Positions 37,701-47,090 of a stretch of DNA of 64,000 nt are shown in pieces. Origin of the DNA: a virus. Lineage: Duplodnaviria; Caudoviricetes. The notes beneath the pieces are model-generated. The model was not told where the DNA came from, ran no database searches, and saw only the letters and a program-made list of their open reading frames with translations. Location of the stretch: the IMG/VR virus record IMGVR_UViG_3300035698_029580. One strand, given 5' to 3'. Position numbers and translations under genes: made by a program. Each line of letters starts with the position of its first letter. Position 1 is the stretch's first letter.

Positions 37701-40318
37701 AAGAGGGTATGGGTGAAGAAGTGATGGAGGAGGATTTAGTACCTCTTCCTCCTGGTTCAGTATGTCCAGTATGCACAAGTAAAGATGTTGATGTGGTAGG
37801 GGGCAAAGGCAAATGTAATAACTGTGGAACCGACTGGGTATACAAAATTGTTCAAGAAATAACAAATCATGCTTATATAAACCAAGAGGCTGGTGAAGAA
37901 GGTGAAATGGCTGATGAATTTGAAGGTGAAGGTTTTGAAATGCCTGAAGATCAGGGTCTTCCCCCAGAAGATCAGGGTCTTCCTCCAATGGCAGCTATGA
38001 CTAGGCTTAAGCCAGAAACTTTAAATAAAATAGCTGAAGCAGGAATAAAACTTGGTAGTGTAAGTCCTATTACAGGAACAACCAACACTATTGATTTAGA
38101 TAACAATGAGCACATTTGTTTGGATACTGGTTCTAAATATAAAGTTTCTTTTATTACTGAACAAAAAGACCCTAAAAAAGTATATGCTCAATGGGAATGG
38201 ACTCCTGTAAAAAGAAATATAGATTGTCCTTCTTGTAGAAGGTCTAAAAAACAGTTTGTTAACACTATAAAAGAAGCTGGCATAACAGAAGATCAATTTG
38301 ACAAAATGACATTAGAAGAAAAATCAAAAACAATAATTAGTCTTAAAAAAGCTGGAAAACTTCAAATTATAAAAACAGCTTCTAAAAATGGTTCTGTTAA
38401 AGAAGATGTTAAAAAAGTTGTTGCTGGATATCAACAAAAGTTTCCCATTGAAAGTTGCATAGAAAAACTAGCTCGTCGTTTTGGTAAAGACGCATTGGCA
38501 TTAAGTGGACCTTGTGAAGGACATAAATTAGCAGATTGTGTTTGCAATCAGCTTAAAAAAGCAGATGTTTATAGCAATAGACTTGCCATTAAATTGGCAG
38601 AAGTTTGGGAAGATAAATGTGGTTCAGAAGAATGTTTGGAAGACCAAATAAGACTTGGTTATAGCATCAAAGATGCAACTACAATTTGTGAAGTCTTAAA
38701 AATAGCATTAGCTTCTCCAGAAGATATGTTAGCAGAAGAATTAACAGATGACATTGAACCCGGAACAGAAGATACTGCAATGTTGCAAGAAGATACTTTT
38801 CCTGAAGAAGATCCATTTGAAACTACAGGAGATACGGTAACAATTAATATTCCTGTAGATGTAGTGGAAAAAATAGTTGTAGATAAAATAGAGGAGACTA
38901 TCTCTGACGTAGTTGATGAAAGTCCATTGGAAGAACTGTCTGAAGATATTTCGGTTGATGAAGTTCCTGAAGTAGATGAAGTAATAGAAGAAGTTCCAGA
39001 GGCAATAGAAGAAGTTCCAGAAGTAATAGAAGAAGTTCCAGAGGTAATAGAAGATACTCCAGAAGAAATTCCAGAGGCAATAGAAGATACTGTAAATGAA
39101 GACATTGCTGATGAAGGAGAAGAATTCAAAGAAGGAGAAGATATAGAAAGTGTAGAAGAAGAAGAACAATATAATTTTAATGAGGCTTCTCATATGGCAA
39201 GTAGAATAGGATATAATGGTAAAATTTCATTGGACCTTGCATCAGTAGCCAAGAAATTGGCACAATCCACTGAAATAAAACAGGAAAATGTGCAGGACTC
39301 TCCAGATATAGGAAGTTATACGGCTGGTGAGGACGCTGGAACAATAGGTAAAGAAAATCCTCCAAAGGCAAATAAACCTTCTGTTCCTAGATCTGATGCT
39401 ACTATTGGAAAAGAACCTTCTGACTTAAATCCAAAGGGTAAACCTCAACCAAAGATACCTTCTTCTGATAGTGCCGATATGGGACACGAAAAAGAACAGG
39501 GTTATACTGGTGGAGATGATAGATATACAGGTGGACATGATGGACAAGGAAAAACGGAAACAGCTTCAGTTGAGGAAGATTTAATGCATATGAAGGGATA
39601 TGGAAAATCTTCTGAAGGTTTATCAAGATTAGCTGAGAGAATTCAAAAATCTCAACAAAAAACTGCCGCTGATAAAAAACTGGAACCCAAAAAACCAGTT
39701 GCCGATGATGAGGATATTCAACCTATAAAAGGTAAATCCACCATAGGAAAAGAAGAAGCTTTTACTGCTGATGAACCAACCAATACTGAAGGTACTGGAA
39801 ATGAATCTTTAATGGGACATGAAAAAGATACTGTGGGTGATCGTCCAACTGCTCCGAAGGATCAGCCTTCTATTCCTGCTGATAATCAAACAATGGGAGA
39901 AGAGGGAGAAGAGATTGCTCCAGAAAAACAAACTAGAGATAAAGGAACCGTCATTGCTGATAGCAATGAGAAGTCCGATGGTCTGAAAACAAAAGAAGCT
40001 ATGAGAGTAGCTGGAAGAATGCTTGAGGCTAAATTAATTTCTGTTGATGATTTACCACAGAAAATAGCCGAATTAAGCAATTATCAGACCAATCAGATAA
40101 GAGATATTGAACGTTCAGTATTCTCTACTAAAAAAGGACTTGATACGGTTTCAGAGGGTATTTCTCAGCCCGTGATAATAAACGAGAAAAGTAGTGCTAT
40201 GAATACGTCTGGGAATTTGTCAAATAAACTGCAAACTTTGTTCTCTTTAGATAAGAGAAATAAATTAGCAGATAGTGATGACGATATTGATCTTAGACGT
40301 GCTTATGGTAGGTTATAA
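34727..40318 (+). CDS. prohead protease fused to a large scaffold/core polyprotein
   Basis: N-terminal NDNGDAF / LFTNH / GTSMG / ENSFV pattern with Cys clusters; acidic repeat-rich remainder; lies between portal and MCP. Confidence 0.72.
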   Translation: MILKKITAQNKCEIIPLNNPDWDIYELPQVIKTASVNKDGDYGEFDIKSEIERHSDHLYVKIFAIKKDEINDNGDAFGEEELMKAAHTFIGVPLFTNHQNDDIEKAKGECIHSWYDKEAGGIYIIGKVDKVAYPKLARGISEKYIRGTSMGTSVTYSICSVCHNLSPTADTYCEHIKERKNRKFSGQIKCRYFDGEGDTDDNCPLCGSTKKQIKTISHNEQPIYEHNYGLKFIENSFVVNPACHDCGVCEILNVPNFKQKVAQLNERVQKLSDTYEKSEKTSTMKKVAGMQEIEYLKNSMTEVEKVVKSMLNQKEQVSMEFVSDLVKAMSEIQGTMDELIEMGYTKLPSPNVTAEGMSPDSIAAPTISPVSPGQITPVPSSPTEVVDTGTASVQDLGGLGTMTTPKKSSKTLNKKEDFLKLTNKLYNKIASLKNSVDKNRRKGVKGIYVTATHEGEDTRIIVSQEDNDIFITKAKGEKIIQVSHISEFPEDIQNLVQSEPELAANKILNKELGLNMKTNQSKTAATKENQEIITEKQLEKEEEDIGKRLGSTYEGITESKEQIGKESDVRNDTTSESPQTRKGTYPVITEGQLTMSTDGAIVRTDDVPEVITEKQWTEMSNLVSAKLSADWTESITEAQLKDLLSSHRFVGPYDVITEGQLKGMDFGIDRWANTNYTKQVVKIAEEAISDIIAHFRKTPQEIAKFANQLSENSQLKERFNFATILNSLPYKKEARKEMVDKSSYFNKFATNEVTKIADVVAVSIANHAKHGVFVSDVTDVISHLISGNNKIASRRIEQLVQKKMGNVEEPTFNKSAALDSVLKELDKPEDGVYQVRATVEDIGVKPLKTNKSEFLAAVKKHAQSMIDTSENITILEVQLTPDGDIVISTFKDTDMLEEGEGELTSDNFEPDVGDVMESVDEEVPLEGELPEETSPCRMAKKREGLVKEAQMMGGEMGGQGGMSQAPGAGATLPTPPGSMNTPPVESFGNEPQEGMGEEVMEEDLVPLPPGSVCPVCTSKDVDVVGGKGKCNNCGTDWVYKIVQEITNHAYINQEAGEEGEMADEFEGEGFEMPEDQGLPPEDQGLPPMAAMTRLKPETLNKIAEAGIKLGSVSPITGTTNTIDLDNNEHICLDTGSKYKVSFITEQKDPKKVYAQWEWTPVKRNIDCPSCRRSKKQFVNTIKEAGITEDQFDKMTLEEKSKTIISLKKAGKLQIIKTASKNGSVKEDVKKVVAGYQQKFPIESCIEKLARRFGKDALALSGPCEGHKLADCVCNQLKKADVYSNRLAIKLAEVWEDKCGSEECLEDQIRLGYSIKDATTICEVLKIALASPEDMLAEELTDDIEPGTEDTAMLQEDTFPEEDPFETTGDTVTINIPVDVVEKIVVDKIEETISDVVDESPLEELSEDISVDEVPEVDEVIEEVPEAIEEVPEVIEEVPEVIEDTPEEIPEAIEDTVNEDIADEGEEFKEGEDIESVEEEEQYNFNEASHMASRIGYNGKISLDLASVAKKLAQSTEIKQENVQDSPDIGSYTAGEDAGTIGKENPPKANKPSVPRSDATIGKEPSDLNPKGKPQPKIPSSDSADMGHEKEQGYTGGDDRYTGGHDGQGKTETASVEEDLMHMKGYGKSSEGLSRLAERIQKSQQKTAADKKLEPKKPVADDEDIQPIKGKSTIGKEEAFTADEPTNTEGTGNESLMGHEKDTVGDRPTAPKDQPSIPADNQTMGEEGEEIAPEKQTRDKGTVIADSNEKSDGLKTKEAMRVAGRMLEAKLISVDDLPQKIAELSNYQTNQIRDIERSVFSTKKGLDTVSEGISQPVIINEKSSAMNTSGNLSNKLQTLFSLDKRNKLADSDDDIDLRRAYGRL

Positions 40319-40345
40319 AATTACTTTTAATCAGGAGATTAAAAA

Positions 40346-40918
40346 ATGGCTTTAATTGAAATTTATCATGTTGTAGCTGACATGTATCCAGTTGTTGATC
40401 AAACAATTCGTGAGGGTATGTGTGTTCGTTTAGATGCTGCAGGTCAGGTTGTTCCTGCAATTGCAACGGGTGCTGTTTTAGGTGTTGCTGGAGATAGTAC
40501 TGTTGTAAGTGCTAGTGCTGCCAGCTTATCTACTCCGTATTCTGCCCAATTAACAATTGGAGCAAATTCGGATGGTACAGTAAGAAGTACTCAATGGACT
40601 CAGAATAGAGTATCAGATGCATACAATGAAACTTTAGCATCAGGTAAGATGACAGTTTACAATAGTGGTGGTAAATTTGCAACAGATCAATACGATACTG
40701 CTGTTCTTACTTATACCCCTGCTTCTGGAGTTCTTGGAGATTTGTATTCTACTGCTGCTGGTCTTTTGACAAATACTGATGGTGGTGGATATCAGGTTGG
40801 TCGTTGTGTAGCTGCCCCTGCAGCTTACCCAAGTGGTGTTCCCGGAACAGCTACCCCCGGTGGTTCTACTTCATTAGGAACCTTTATTACGTTTGTTCTT
40901 GGTCCATGGGTATCTTAA
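40346..40918 (+). CDS. capsid decoration/cement protein
   Basis: Gly/Ala/Thr-rich beta protein immediately before MCP; AGGAG RBS. Confidence 0.6.
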   Translation: MALIEIYHVVADMYPVVDQTIREGMCVRLDAAGQVVPAIATGAVLGVAGDSTVVSASAASLSTPYSAQLTIGANSDGTVRSTQWTQNRVSDAYNETLASGKMTVYNSGGKFATDQYDTAVLTYTPASGVLGDLYSTAAGLLTNTDGGGYQVGRCVAAPAAYPSGVPGTATPGGSTSLGTFITFVLGPWVS

Positions 40919-40996
40919 ATTTAAACAATTAATCTGGATTTCAATAATTATTATTAAAATAAGAATTTGAAGACAGATACAAAAGGAGAAAATTAA

Positions 40997-41869
40997 ATGG
41001 CTTTTACAAAAAATAGTTTGACTGATAATGAAAAAGAAGAAATTATCGCTCAGGCATTAGAAACTGATGAAGGTCGTACGGCCCTGGCCCAAGCAATGGT
41101 CGAGCCTATTCGTAGAAGCTTGGAATACCAAGCTGTTGGACGTAAGCTTCTGATGATTGATGAGTTACCACAGGGTGCATTGGCACGTTACGAGAGAGAC
41201 GTTGCTTCAACAGCAACAGTTATTTCTCGTAGAGGTGCTGTTCCTGATCAAATTCAGGAAGGTGAAGAAATTCTCGTTCCTACTTTTGAGATTGCTGCCA
41301 ATCCTACTGTGCGTTTATCTGAGATTAAAGCTCGTCGATTTTATATTGTCGATAGGGCTCAGATCAAGGCTAAAGAAGCAATTCAAAAGGAAGAAGATAC
41401 CAATATCTTCAACGCTTTGATTGCTGCCGCTACCAACCTTAACACTCAGATAGTTACCAACATTGGTACTCTTACTACTGCTTCTCTGAATACTGCTTTC
41501 CGTTTAATTGAGCAACATGACCTGGTTACTGCCAAGGTTGTTTGCCATGCTAACCAATACTCAGCATTCAGAACATTTGGTAAAGACTTCTATGATGAGG
41601 CAACTCAGCGTGAAATTATCACAACTGGTTTGTTTGGACATATTTGGACTGCTGATATTCATGTCAGTTCAAGAATGCCAACTGATACTTTGATTTGTGT
41701 TGCTTCACCTGAGACTGTTGGTGCGTTCCCAATTCGTCAAGACATTACTGTTCTTCCTGCTGATGATCCTAAAAAGCTTCGTCTTGGATGGGTTATTTAC
41801 GAAGAAGTTGGTATTGTTGTTGTAAATGATTATGCTGTCAGTTTAATTGAGGTTACTACTGCTACGTAA
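40997..41869 (+). CDS. major capsid protein (HK97 fold)
   Basis: LAQAMVEPIRRSLEYQAVGRKLL, PTFEIAANP and EED.NIF patterns; strong RBS, biased codons, strong terminator downstream. Confidence 0.8.
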   Translation: MAFTKNSLTDNEKEEIIAQALETDEGRTALAQAMVEPIRRSLEYQAVGRKLLMIDELPQGALARYERDVASTATVISRRGAVPDQIQEGEEILVPTFEIAANPTVRLSEIKARRFYIVDRAQIKAKEAIQKEEDTNIFNALIAAATNLNTQIVTNIGTLTTASLNTAFRLIEQHDLVTAKVVCHANQYSAFRTFGKDFYDEATQREIITTGLFGHIWTADIHVSSRMPTDTLICVASPETVGAFPIRQDITVLPADDPKKLRLGWVIYEEVGIVVVNDYAVSLIEVTTAT

Positions 41870-41889
41870 GCAGATATTGTTGTGTTTTT

Positions 41890-41928
41890 AAATAAAAAGG
41901 CAAGTTTTTATAACTTGCCTTTTTATTT
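41890..41928 (+). terminator. intrinsic terminator after MCP
   Basis: AAATAAAAAGGCAAGTT..AACTTGCCTTTTTATTT inverted repeat. Confidence 0.85.
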
Positions 41929-42023
41929 ATATTATAAAAAAAGGATTTTATATAATAAAGTATAATGTAATATAAAGACTTTTATGACAAAAATAATATA
42001 ATTATTAAAATAGGAGAGATAAT

Positions 42024-42614
42024 ATGACTATTAAAATTGAACCTTTAAATCTGCCAACTGCTTCTGTATCTGGATTTGTTGTGACAAATGTTAATGGAAT
42101 TGCCAATGTTTCGGCAACTAGCCAAACTATAGATTTTGGTACTAAAATTAGAACCGGAAAAGGTGGAAGAACCGTTTCTAACGATGCTATAACTATGTTT
42201 AAACAAGTGGCCACGGTAACATTAAGAACAACCTATAGAACAAAAGATTATGATAGTGTTCTTGCACAGAGCAATGTGAATACAGGAGAAAAAGGAGGAA
42301 CAAGAAATGTGGTAATAGGCCCAAATCCTCATGGAAGCAATGAAGGAAGAGCAGATATTTATTATACTTTAAATGGTAAAGATCCTAAAAGAACAAAAAA
42401 TTATGTATATAAAAATCGTCCATTAGTATTACGTACAAACACTGTTGGAGATAAAATAGTGCTAAAAGCACGTGTATACAGAAGAGGTACCTGGAGTAAA
42501 GTATCCACATTTGAATTTAAAATAATTGATAAAAAGGGACAAGACAGACAATTTCAATCAAATATATTGGAAAATGAGTTGCTTACCACTGATGGATTAA
42601 GAAAAATATCATAA
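42024..42614 (+). CDS. FN3-associated/chitobiase C-terminal domain protein
   Basis: ADIYYTLNGKDP...LKARVY motif. Confidence 0.65.
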   Translation: MTIKIEPLNLPTASVSGFVVTNVNGIANVSATSQTIDFGTKIRTGKGGRTVSNDAITMFKQVATVTLRTTYRTKDYDSVLAQSNVNTGEKGGTRNVVIGPNPHGSNEGRADIYYTLNGKDPKRTKNYVYKNRPLVLRTNTVGDKIVLKARVYRRGTWSKVSTFEFKIIDKKGQDRQFQSNILENELLTTDGLRKIS

Positions 42615-42654
42615 AAATAACATATTCTTTATTTCCTAACGTAAGGTTTGATTC

Positions 42655-42957
42655 ATGAAAATTATTGAAACTTCTCTATTTAAATTAGCCAAGAAAAAAA
42701 AAGCATCTTTAGTAAAAGAAGAACAAAATGTCTTTACTCCTGAAATGGAAGATGAATTTGCTGATCAACAATCTTATCTTGGGAGAAGAAGAAGAGAATT
42801 AGGATTAGGTGAACCCGGAAAAAGAAAACGTAAAGGAAGAAGACAATTGAGAGAAGAAATAGAAAAAGTTGATCCTAATCTTGATGATAAAGGTTGGGCT
42901 AAATTTGTTACTCGTAAATTAAAAGAAAAAGATGATTTTTCTGGTGCTCCTTTTTAA
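42655..42957 (+). CDS. basic protein with MKIIET leader
   Basis: MKIIETSLFKLA. Confidence 0.6.
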   Translation: MKIIETSLFKLAKKKKASLVKEEQNVFTPEMEDEFADQQSYLGRRRRELGLGEPGKRKRKGRRQLREEIEKVDPNLDDKGWAKFVTRKLKEKDDFSGAPF

Positions 42958-42968
42958 GTTTTGCTTAT

Positions 42969-43667
42969 ATGAAAACAATTGAAACTAATAATTATAAATA
43001 TGCCCAATCTAGGTTAGAAGGATTGGGATATACCGGAATTGAAAATCCATATACAGATACTGCTGATGAAATGATGAAAAGAAAACAAAAATATCTTATG
43101 GATTGGACGAATAGAAGAAACAAAGCAAGAAATAGAGGAAAAATATTAGACCATAAAGACGAAGCACAAAAGATAAGAGAAATGGAAGATATTCATGGAA
43201 AACCTGCTCCTTTTCTTCCTCATGAAGAAGAACAAAGAAGAAGAAGAATACAAAAGGCAAGAGAAAAAAGAAATATTGTTGATCCTGACCCACGTTTGTC
43301 ATTAACTCCAGAAGAACAATTGTTAGTAGAAGAACAAATAGCAAAATGGGAAAAACGTTATAACAGAACTGCTCCTGAAAAAATAAAACGTTATTTTATT
43401 ATGAGTGTTTCTAAAATGGAAGAAGAAAAAAATAGATTTGAACAATTGATACAAAAATATCCTAGTAGAATAACTGCAAAAAATAAAAAAAATACAAAAA
43501 TAGCAATTTTAGACCCTTTTGCAGAAGAAGACGAAGATCCAATAGATCGTAAAACAGAAATAATAACAGCATTTCTAGATTTTATAGAAGAAAAAACAAT
43601 AGAGTTTTATTCAGTATACGATGACGAAATTACTTTAGAAGAATTAAAAGAAATTATTGAACTTTAA
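42969..43667 (+). CDS. charged protein with MKTIETNNYKYAQ leader
   Basis: Leader shared with 33914. Confidence 0.6.
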   Translation: MKTIETNNYKYAQSRLEGLGYTGIENPYTDTADEMMKRKQKYLMDWTNRRNKARNRGKILDHKDEAQKIREMEDIHGKPAPFLPHEEEQRRRRIQKAREKRNIVDPDPRLSLTPEEQLLVEEQIAKWEKRYNRTAPEKIKRYFIMSVSKMEEEKNRFEQLIQKYPSRITAKNKKNTKIAILDPFAEEDEDPIDRKTEIITAFLDFIEEKTIEFYSVYDDEITLEELKEIIEL

Positions 43668-43691
43668 TATATTATCTATACTTTTCATAAG

Positions 43692-43720
43692 AGCCACGTT
43701 ATCTAAACGTGGTTTTTTTT
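43692..43720 (+). terminator. intrinsic terminator
   Basis: GCCACGTT..AACGTGGT hairpin followed by a T tract. Confidence 0.75.
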
Positions 43721-43732
43721 CGATTAAAAAGT

Positions 43733-44818
43733 ATGAACATCTATTTGCAAGGAAATTTTTGTAATAATAGCGGATATGCCAAGGTAAATAAAAACCTTGT
43801 ATCTGGTTTAGAAAAATTAGGATTAAAAGTTTCTGTTAAATCTTTAGATAAAAAACAATCCATATCGTTTCCCGGTTATTCTAAAAAAAGTATTGGCATT
43901 GATAGTATTGTTCCATCTCTTAGTATTCTTCCTATTTCTAAATATAAAATATTGTACACAACAATAGAAACAAATACTCTATCTAAAACTTTCTTAGACT
44001 GTATCCATAATTATCATGAGATATGGCTTACTTCAGATTATTCACAGAAAATTTTAAAGAAATATCAAGATAGAAAAACTTTTGTTTTGCCTGATAGTGT
44101 AAATACTGAAATATACCAAGAAGATGGACCTAAATATTTATTTAATCCATCTTTAAAAGGATTTATTTTTGTAAGTGTTTTTGGATGGAGTTATAGAAAA
44201 GGTTATGATGTTTTATTAAAAAGTTATTTACAAGAATTTACTTCAAAAGATAATGTTACTTTATTAATTGTTGCAAAACTTAATTATAAACAAAATTTAC
44301 AAACAATAAAAGAAACCATTCAGAAATATATAGAAAAACACGGAGGAGATAATCCCCCTCTTGTTGTTAGATTTGAAAAAGAGGTTGAAGAAGAAAAGAT
44401 GCCTAATATTTATAGGGCATGCGATGCATTTGTTTTATTTACTAGAGGAGAAGGATTTGGGTTGCCGTTTATTGAGTCATCTTTGTGTGGACTTCCAGTA
44501 ATCGGTACAAATTGGTCAGCACCCACTATGTATCTTAATCATCAAAATGCTAATCTTTTAGAAATAGATAACTTAGCAAAAGTGCAACCAGGTCAAATGC
44601 CTGTTCATTACTGGGATAATTTAGAAATGCCTAGTTTGAGTTCTTTAGAAACCATAAATAATGCTAGAAAATTATTAAGACATGTATTTGAAAATCATAA
44701 AAAATGTAAACAAAAAAATGTTAAACTTCAGGATTATATTAAAAAAAACTTTTCAATTGATGTTGTGGCAGACAAAGCAAAAAGGCGTCTAGAAAATATT
44801 TGGAGAAAAATGAAATGA
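43733..44818 (+). CDS. GT-B glycosyltransferase (GT4-like)
   Basis: SGYA, RKGYDVLL and RGEGFGLPFIESSLCGLPVI motifs. Confidence 0.88.
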   Translation: MNIYLQGNFCNNSGYAKVNKNLVSGLEKLGLKVSVKSLDKKQSISFPGYSKKSIGIDSIVPSLSILPISKYKILYTTIETNTLSKTFLDCIHNYHEIWLTSDYSQKILKKYQDRKTFVLPDSVNTEIYQEDGPKYLFNPSLKGFIFVSVFGWSYRKGYDVLLKSYLQEFTSKDNVTLLIVAKLNYKQNLQTIKETIQKYIEKHGGDNPPLVVRFEKEVEEEKMPNIYRACDAFVLFTRGEGFGLPFIESSLCGLPVIGTNWSAPTMYLNHQNANLLEIDNLAKVQPGQMPVHYWDNLEMPSLSSLETINNARKLLRHVFENHKKCKQKNVKLQDYIKKNFSIDVVADKAKRRLENIWRKMK

Positions 44819-45474
44819 TTATATTACTTGATCAAGAAAAAAAATGTTTATGTGTCTATAATTCAAATGGTAAAAAAACAATTCCTTTTGAATCTGTTAA
44901 TCAGATAAGACAATGTCAAATTGATGAAGACCCCATCTATTATGTTACTCAAGCCATAGAGACAGATATTAAACAAATATTAGATCTTGTTTATTCTATT
45001 ACAGGATTACCTTCTATTCCTATTTCTACTTCAGATCAAAAATATTTACATTCTACGAAAAAGGGTCCATTGGTTATACCAGATCCATCAGCACCTCCTG
45101 AAAAACCTTCAGAATTACTTAAATTTCATGATAATTACGATATTAAACCACTGGACGATCTTCTTAAAAACTTAATAACTAATAATCCTATAATACAAAG
45201 AGTTCTTATTAATGGTCAAATTGAAATTATCGATGATATAAGAAAAAATAAATTAATGGAAACAAAAAGAATAGAATTAGAACATAAAAAGATAAAACAA
45301 AAAAAGGCAGATGAAAAACTAGATAAAATACTTTCTAATAAACCGGCGTCTGAAATTGCTGATTCAATGTTTGAGACAGAAGACGGAGTAGAAACCATAG
45401 AAATAACTGCTGGTTCCTTAAATAAACCAACAGAAACAGAAAATCTTATGAAACAATTGGGAATTAAAAATTGA
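44815..45474 (+). CDS. hypothetical protein
   Basis: ATGA overlap with the GT4 stop. Confidence 0.6.
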   Translation: MIILLDQEKKCLCVYNSNGKKTIPFESVNQIRQCQIDEDPIYYVTQAIETDIKQILDLVYSITGLPSIPISTSDQKYLHSTKKGPLVIPDPSAPPEKPSELLKFHDNYDIKPLDDLLKNLITNNPIIQRVLINGQIEIIDDIRKNKLMETKRIELEHKKIKQKKADEKLDKILSNKPASEIADSMFETEDGVETIEITAGSLNKPTETENLMKQLGIKN

Positions 45475-46205
45475 ATGTATTAGTAGTTCATCTTGGCTCT
45501 CTTTCAGAGAATATAGTGGCCACAAGTATCCTTAAAGGTCTAAAATCTACTTGTCCTCACTGTAAAATAGATTGGGTAACTAAAGATAATAGTTGTCATA
45601 ATATTCTTCGGTGTTCTCCTAGTATAAATAATATATATTCTTTGGAACAACTTTCTAATTATTCTAAAGAATATGATCTGCTTATTAATCTATATCCTTC
45701 TATTGATCATCTTTCCTGTCCCAATATAACAATTAAAAATACTATAGGATTTCAATTTAAAAAAGATTCAGATGAGTATTTTGATATTTTGTATAAAGAA
45801 AAACAAAGTCCATATAATCTGTTTCAAATATATTATAGATTGGCTGGTATGGAATGGCATGGGGAAGGTTGTGATATAAAATATTATCCCAAGTCTAAAA
45901 CAAAAAAGAATAAAATAGGAATAGCAGTTGCTAATGCTAATTTAAGAAATTATATAACAGATAAATTAAAAATAGATAATAAAAGATTATGGCATATTCC
46001 CTATAAGAAAAATTTATTAAAAAGACTTGATGAAATTAATAGATGTAAAGAAATAATAACAGATGATTTTTTAACTTTTAATCTTGTTGTCTATCTACAT
46101 AAATATGTCTATTTCCTGCAAACTGTACCATATATGTTTAAATTAGAATATTTTGGTAATGGGAAAATTATAAATGTTCCTCAAGAGATCATAAGGCAAC
46201 CATGA
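45471..46205 (+). CDS. GT9 (heptosyltransferase)-like protein, divergent
   Basis: VLVVHLGSLSE..ATSILKGLK...P..KIDWVT and YDLLINL N-terminal GT9 pattern. Confidence 0.6.
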   Translation: MNVLVVHLGSLSENIVATSILKGLKSTCPHCKIDWVTKDNSCHNILRCSPSINNIYSLEQLSNYSKEYDLLINLYPSIDHLSCPNITIKNTIGFQFKKDSDEYFDILYKEKQSPYNLFQIYYRLAGMEWHGEGCDIKYYPKSKTKKNKIGIAVANANLRNYITDKLKIDNKRLWHIPYKKNLLKRLDEINRCKEIITDDFLTFNLVVYLHKYVYFLQTVPYMFKLEYFGNGKIINVPQEIIRQP

Positions 46206-46999
46206 TAAAAATAGAAAAATATGAAATATCTAAAGAAATTAAATTAATATCTACTCCCGTACATTACTGTCCTATTAATTATGGATTAGATAAAAATTTA
46301 TCAGGTAAAGGAATTAATCTTTGCATAATTGATACTGGTGTTCCCTGTCATAAATCCATAGCTTCTGTTGCTGGTAAAACTAATTTTTGTGATGGAAACT
46401 CAGATATAAATGATAAAATAGGTCATGCCACAATGATAGCTGGAATTATTGCTGGAAATGATAAAAAAACTATTCTGGGTATTGCTCCAAATGTCAATTT
46501 ATTTTGTGCTAAAGCTATAAGAGGAAAAGGAGATTGTGATATAAACTCTTTAGTTGCAGCCGTTCTATGGGCTATTGTTAAAGAAGTTGATGTTATTTTA
46601 ATGGCGTTAGGAACACCTACAGATTATCAACTTCTACATGATGCTATAAAAAAAGCCCATCAACAAAATATTTGTATCGTAGCTGCTACTGGAAATAATA
46701 CAAAACAAGAACATATTGATTTTCCATCTAGATATCCAGAAGTTTTTTCCGTAGGAGTAAAGTCAAGAAATAAAAAATGGAATAAAATAATAGAACAAGA
46801 AACTAAGTTTATTCTTCCGAATAAAAAAAATATAACAACATTTGGAGAAGATTTATTTGTTAAGGTAAATGGATCTAGTATTGCCTCGGCTACAATAGCG
46901 GGATGTTGTTGTCTTTTAGTTGAAAATTATAAAGATGTCTTGAAAAAAGAATTCTCTACAAAAGATATATTAAAAGATTTAAAATTATTAAAATTTTGA
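46202..46999 (+). CDS. subtilisin-like S8 peptidase
   Basis: IIDTG, GHATMIAGII, AATGN and NGSSIAS triad motifs; no signal peptide. Confidence 0.85.
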   Translation: MIKIEKYEISKEIKLISTPVHYCPINYGLDKNLSGKGINLCIIDTGVPCHKSIASVAGKTNFCDGNSDINDKIGHATMIAGIIAGNDKKTILGIAPNVNLFCAKAIRGKGDCDINSLVAAVLWAIVKEVDVILMALGTPTDYQLLHDAIKKAHQQNICIVAATGNNTKQEHIDFPSRYPEVFSVGVKSRNKKWNKIIEQETKFILPNKKNITTFGEDLFVKVNGSSIASATIAGCCCLLVENYKDVLKKEFSTKDILKDLKLLKF

Positions 47000-47090
47000 T
47001 AGAAAAAAGGATTTATTGACTAAATATATAATAATAATAAGGATGATAGTGGTATGCCCAAAAAATAAAAATAATTAAAAAGGAAGATAT

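Noticed and set aside
35548-40080. Multiple minus-strand ORFs within the protease/scaffold gene
   Set aside because: Shadow ORFs arising from acidic low-complexity codons.
40997-41869. Encapsulin rather than viral capsid
   Set aside because: Synteny with terminase, portal, protease and decoration genes indicates a phage MCP.
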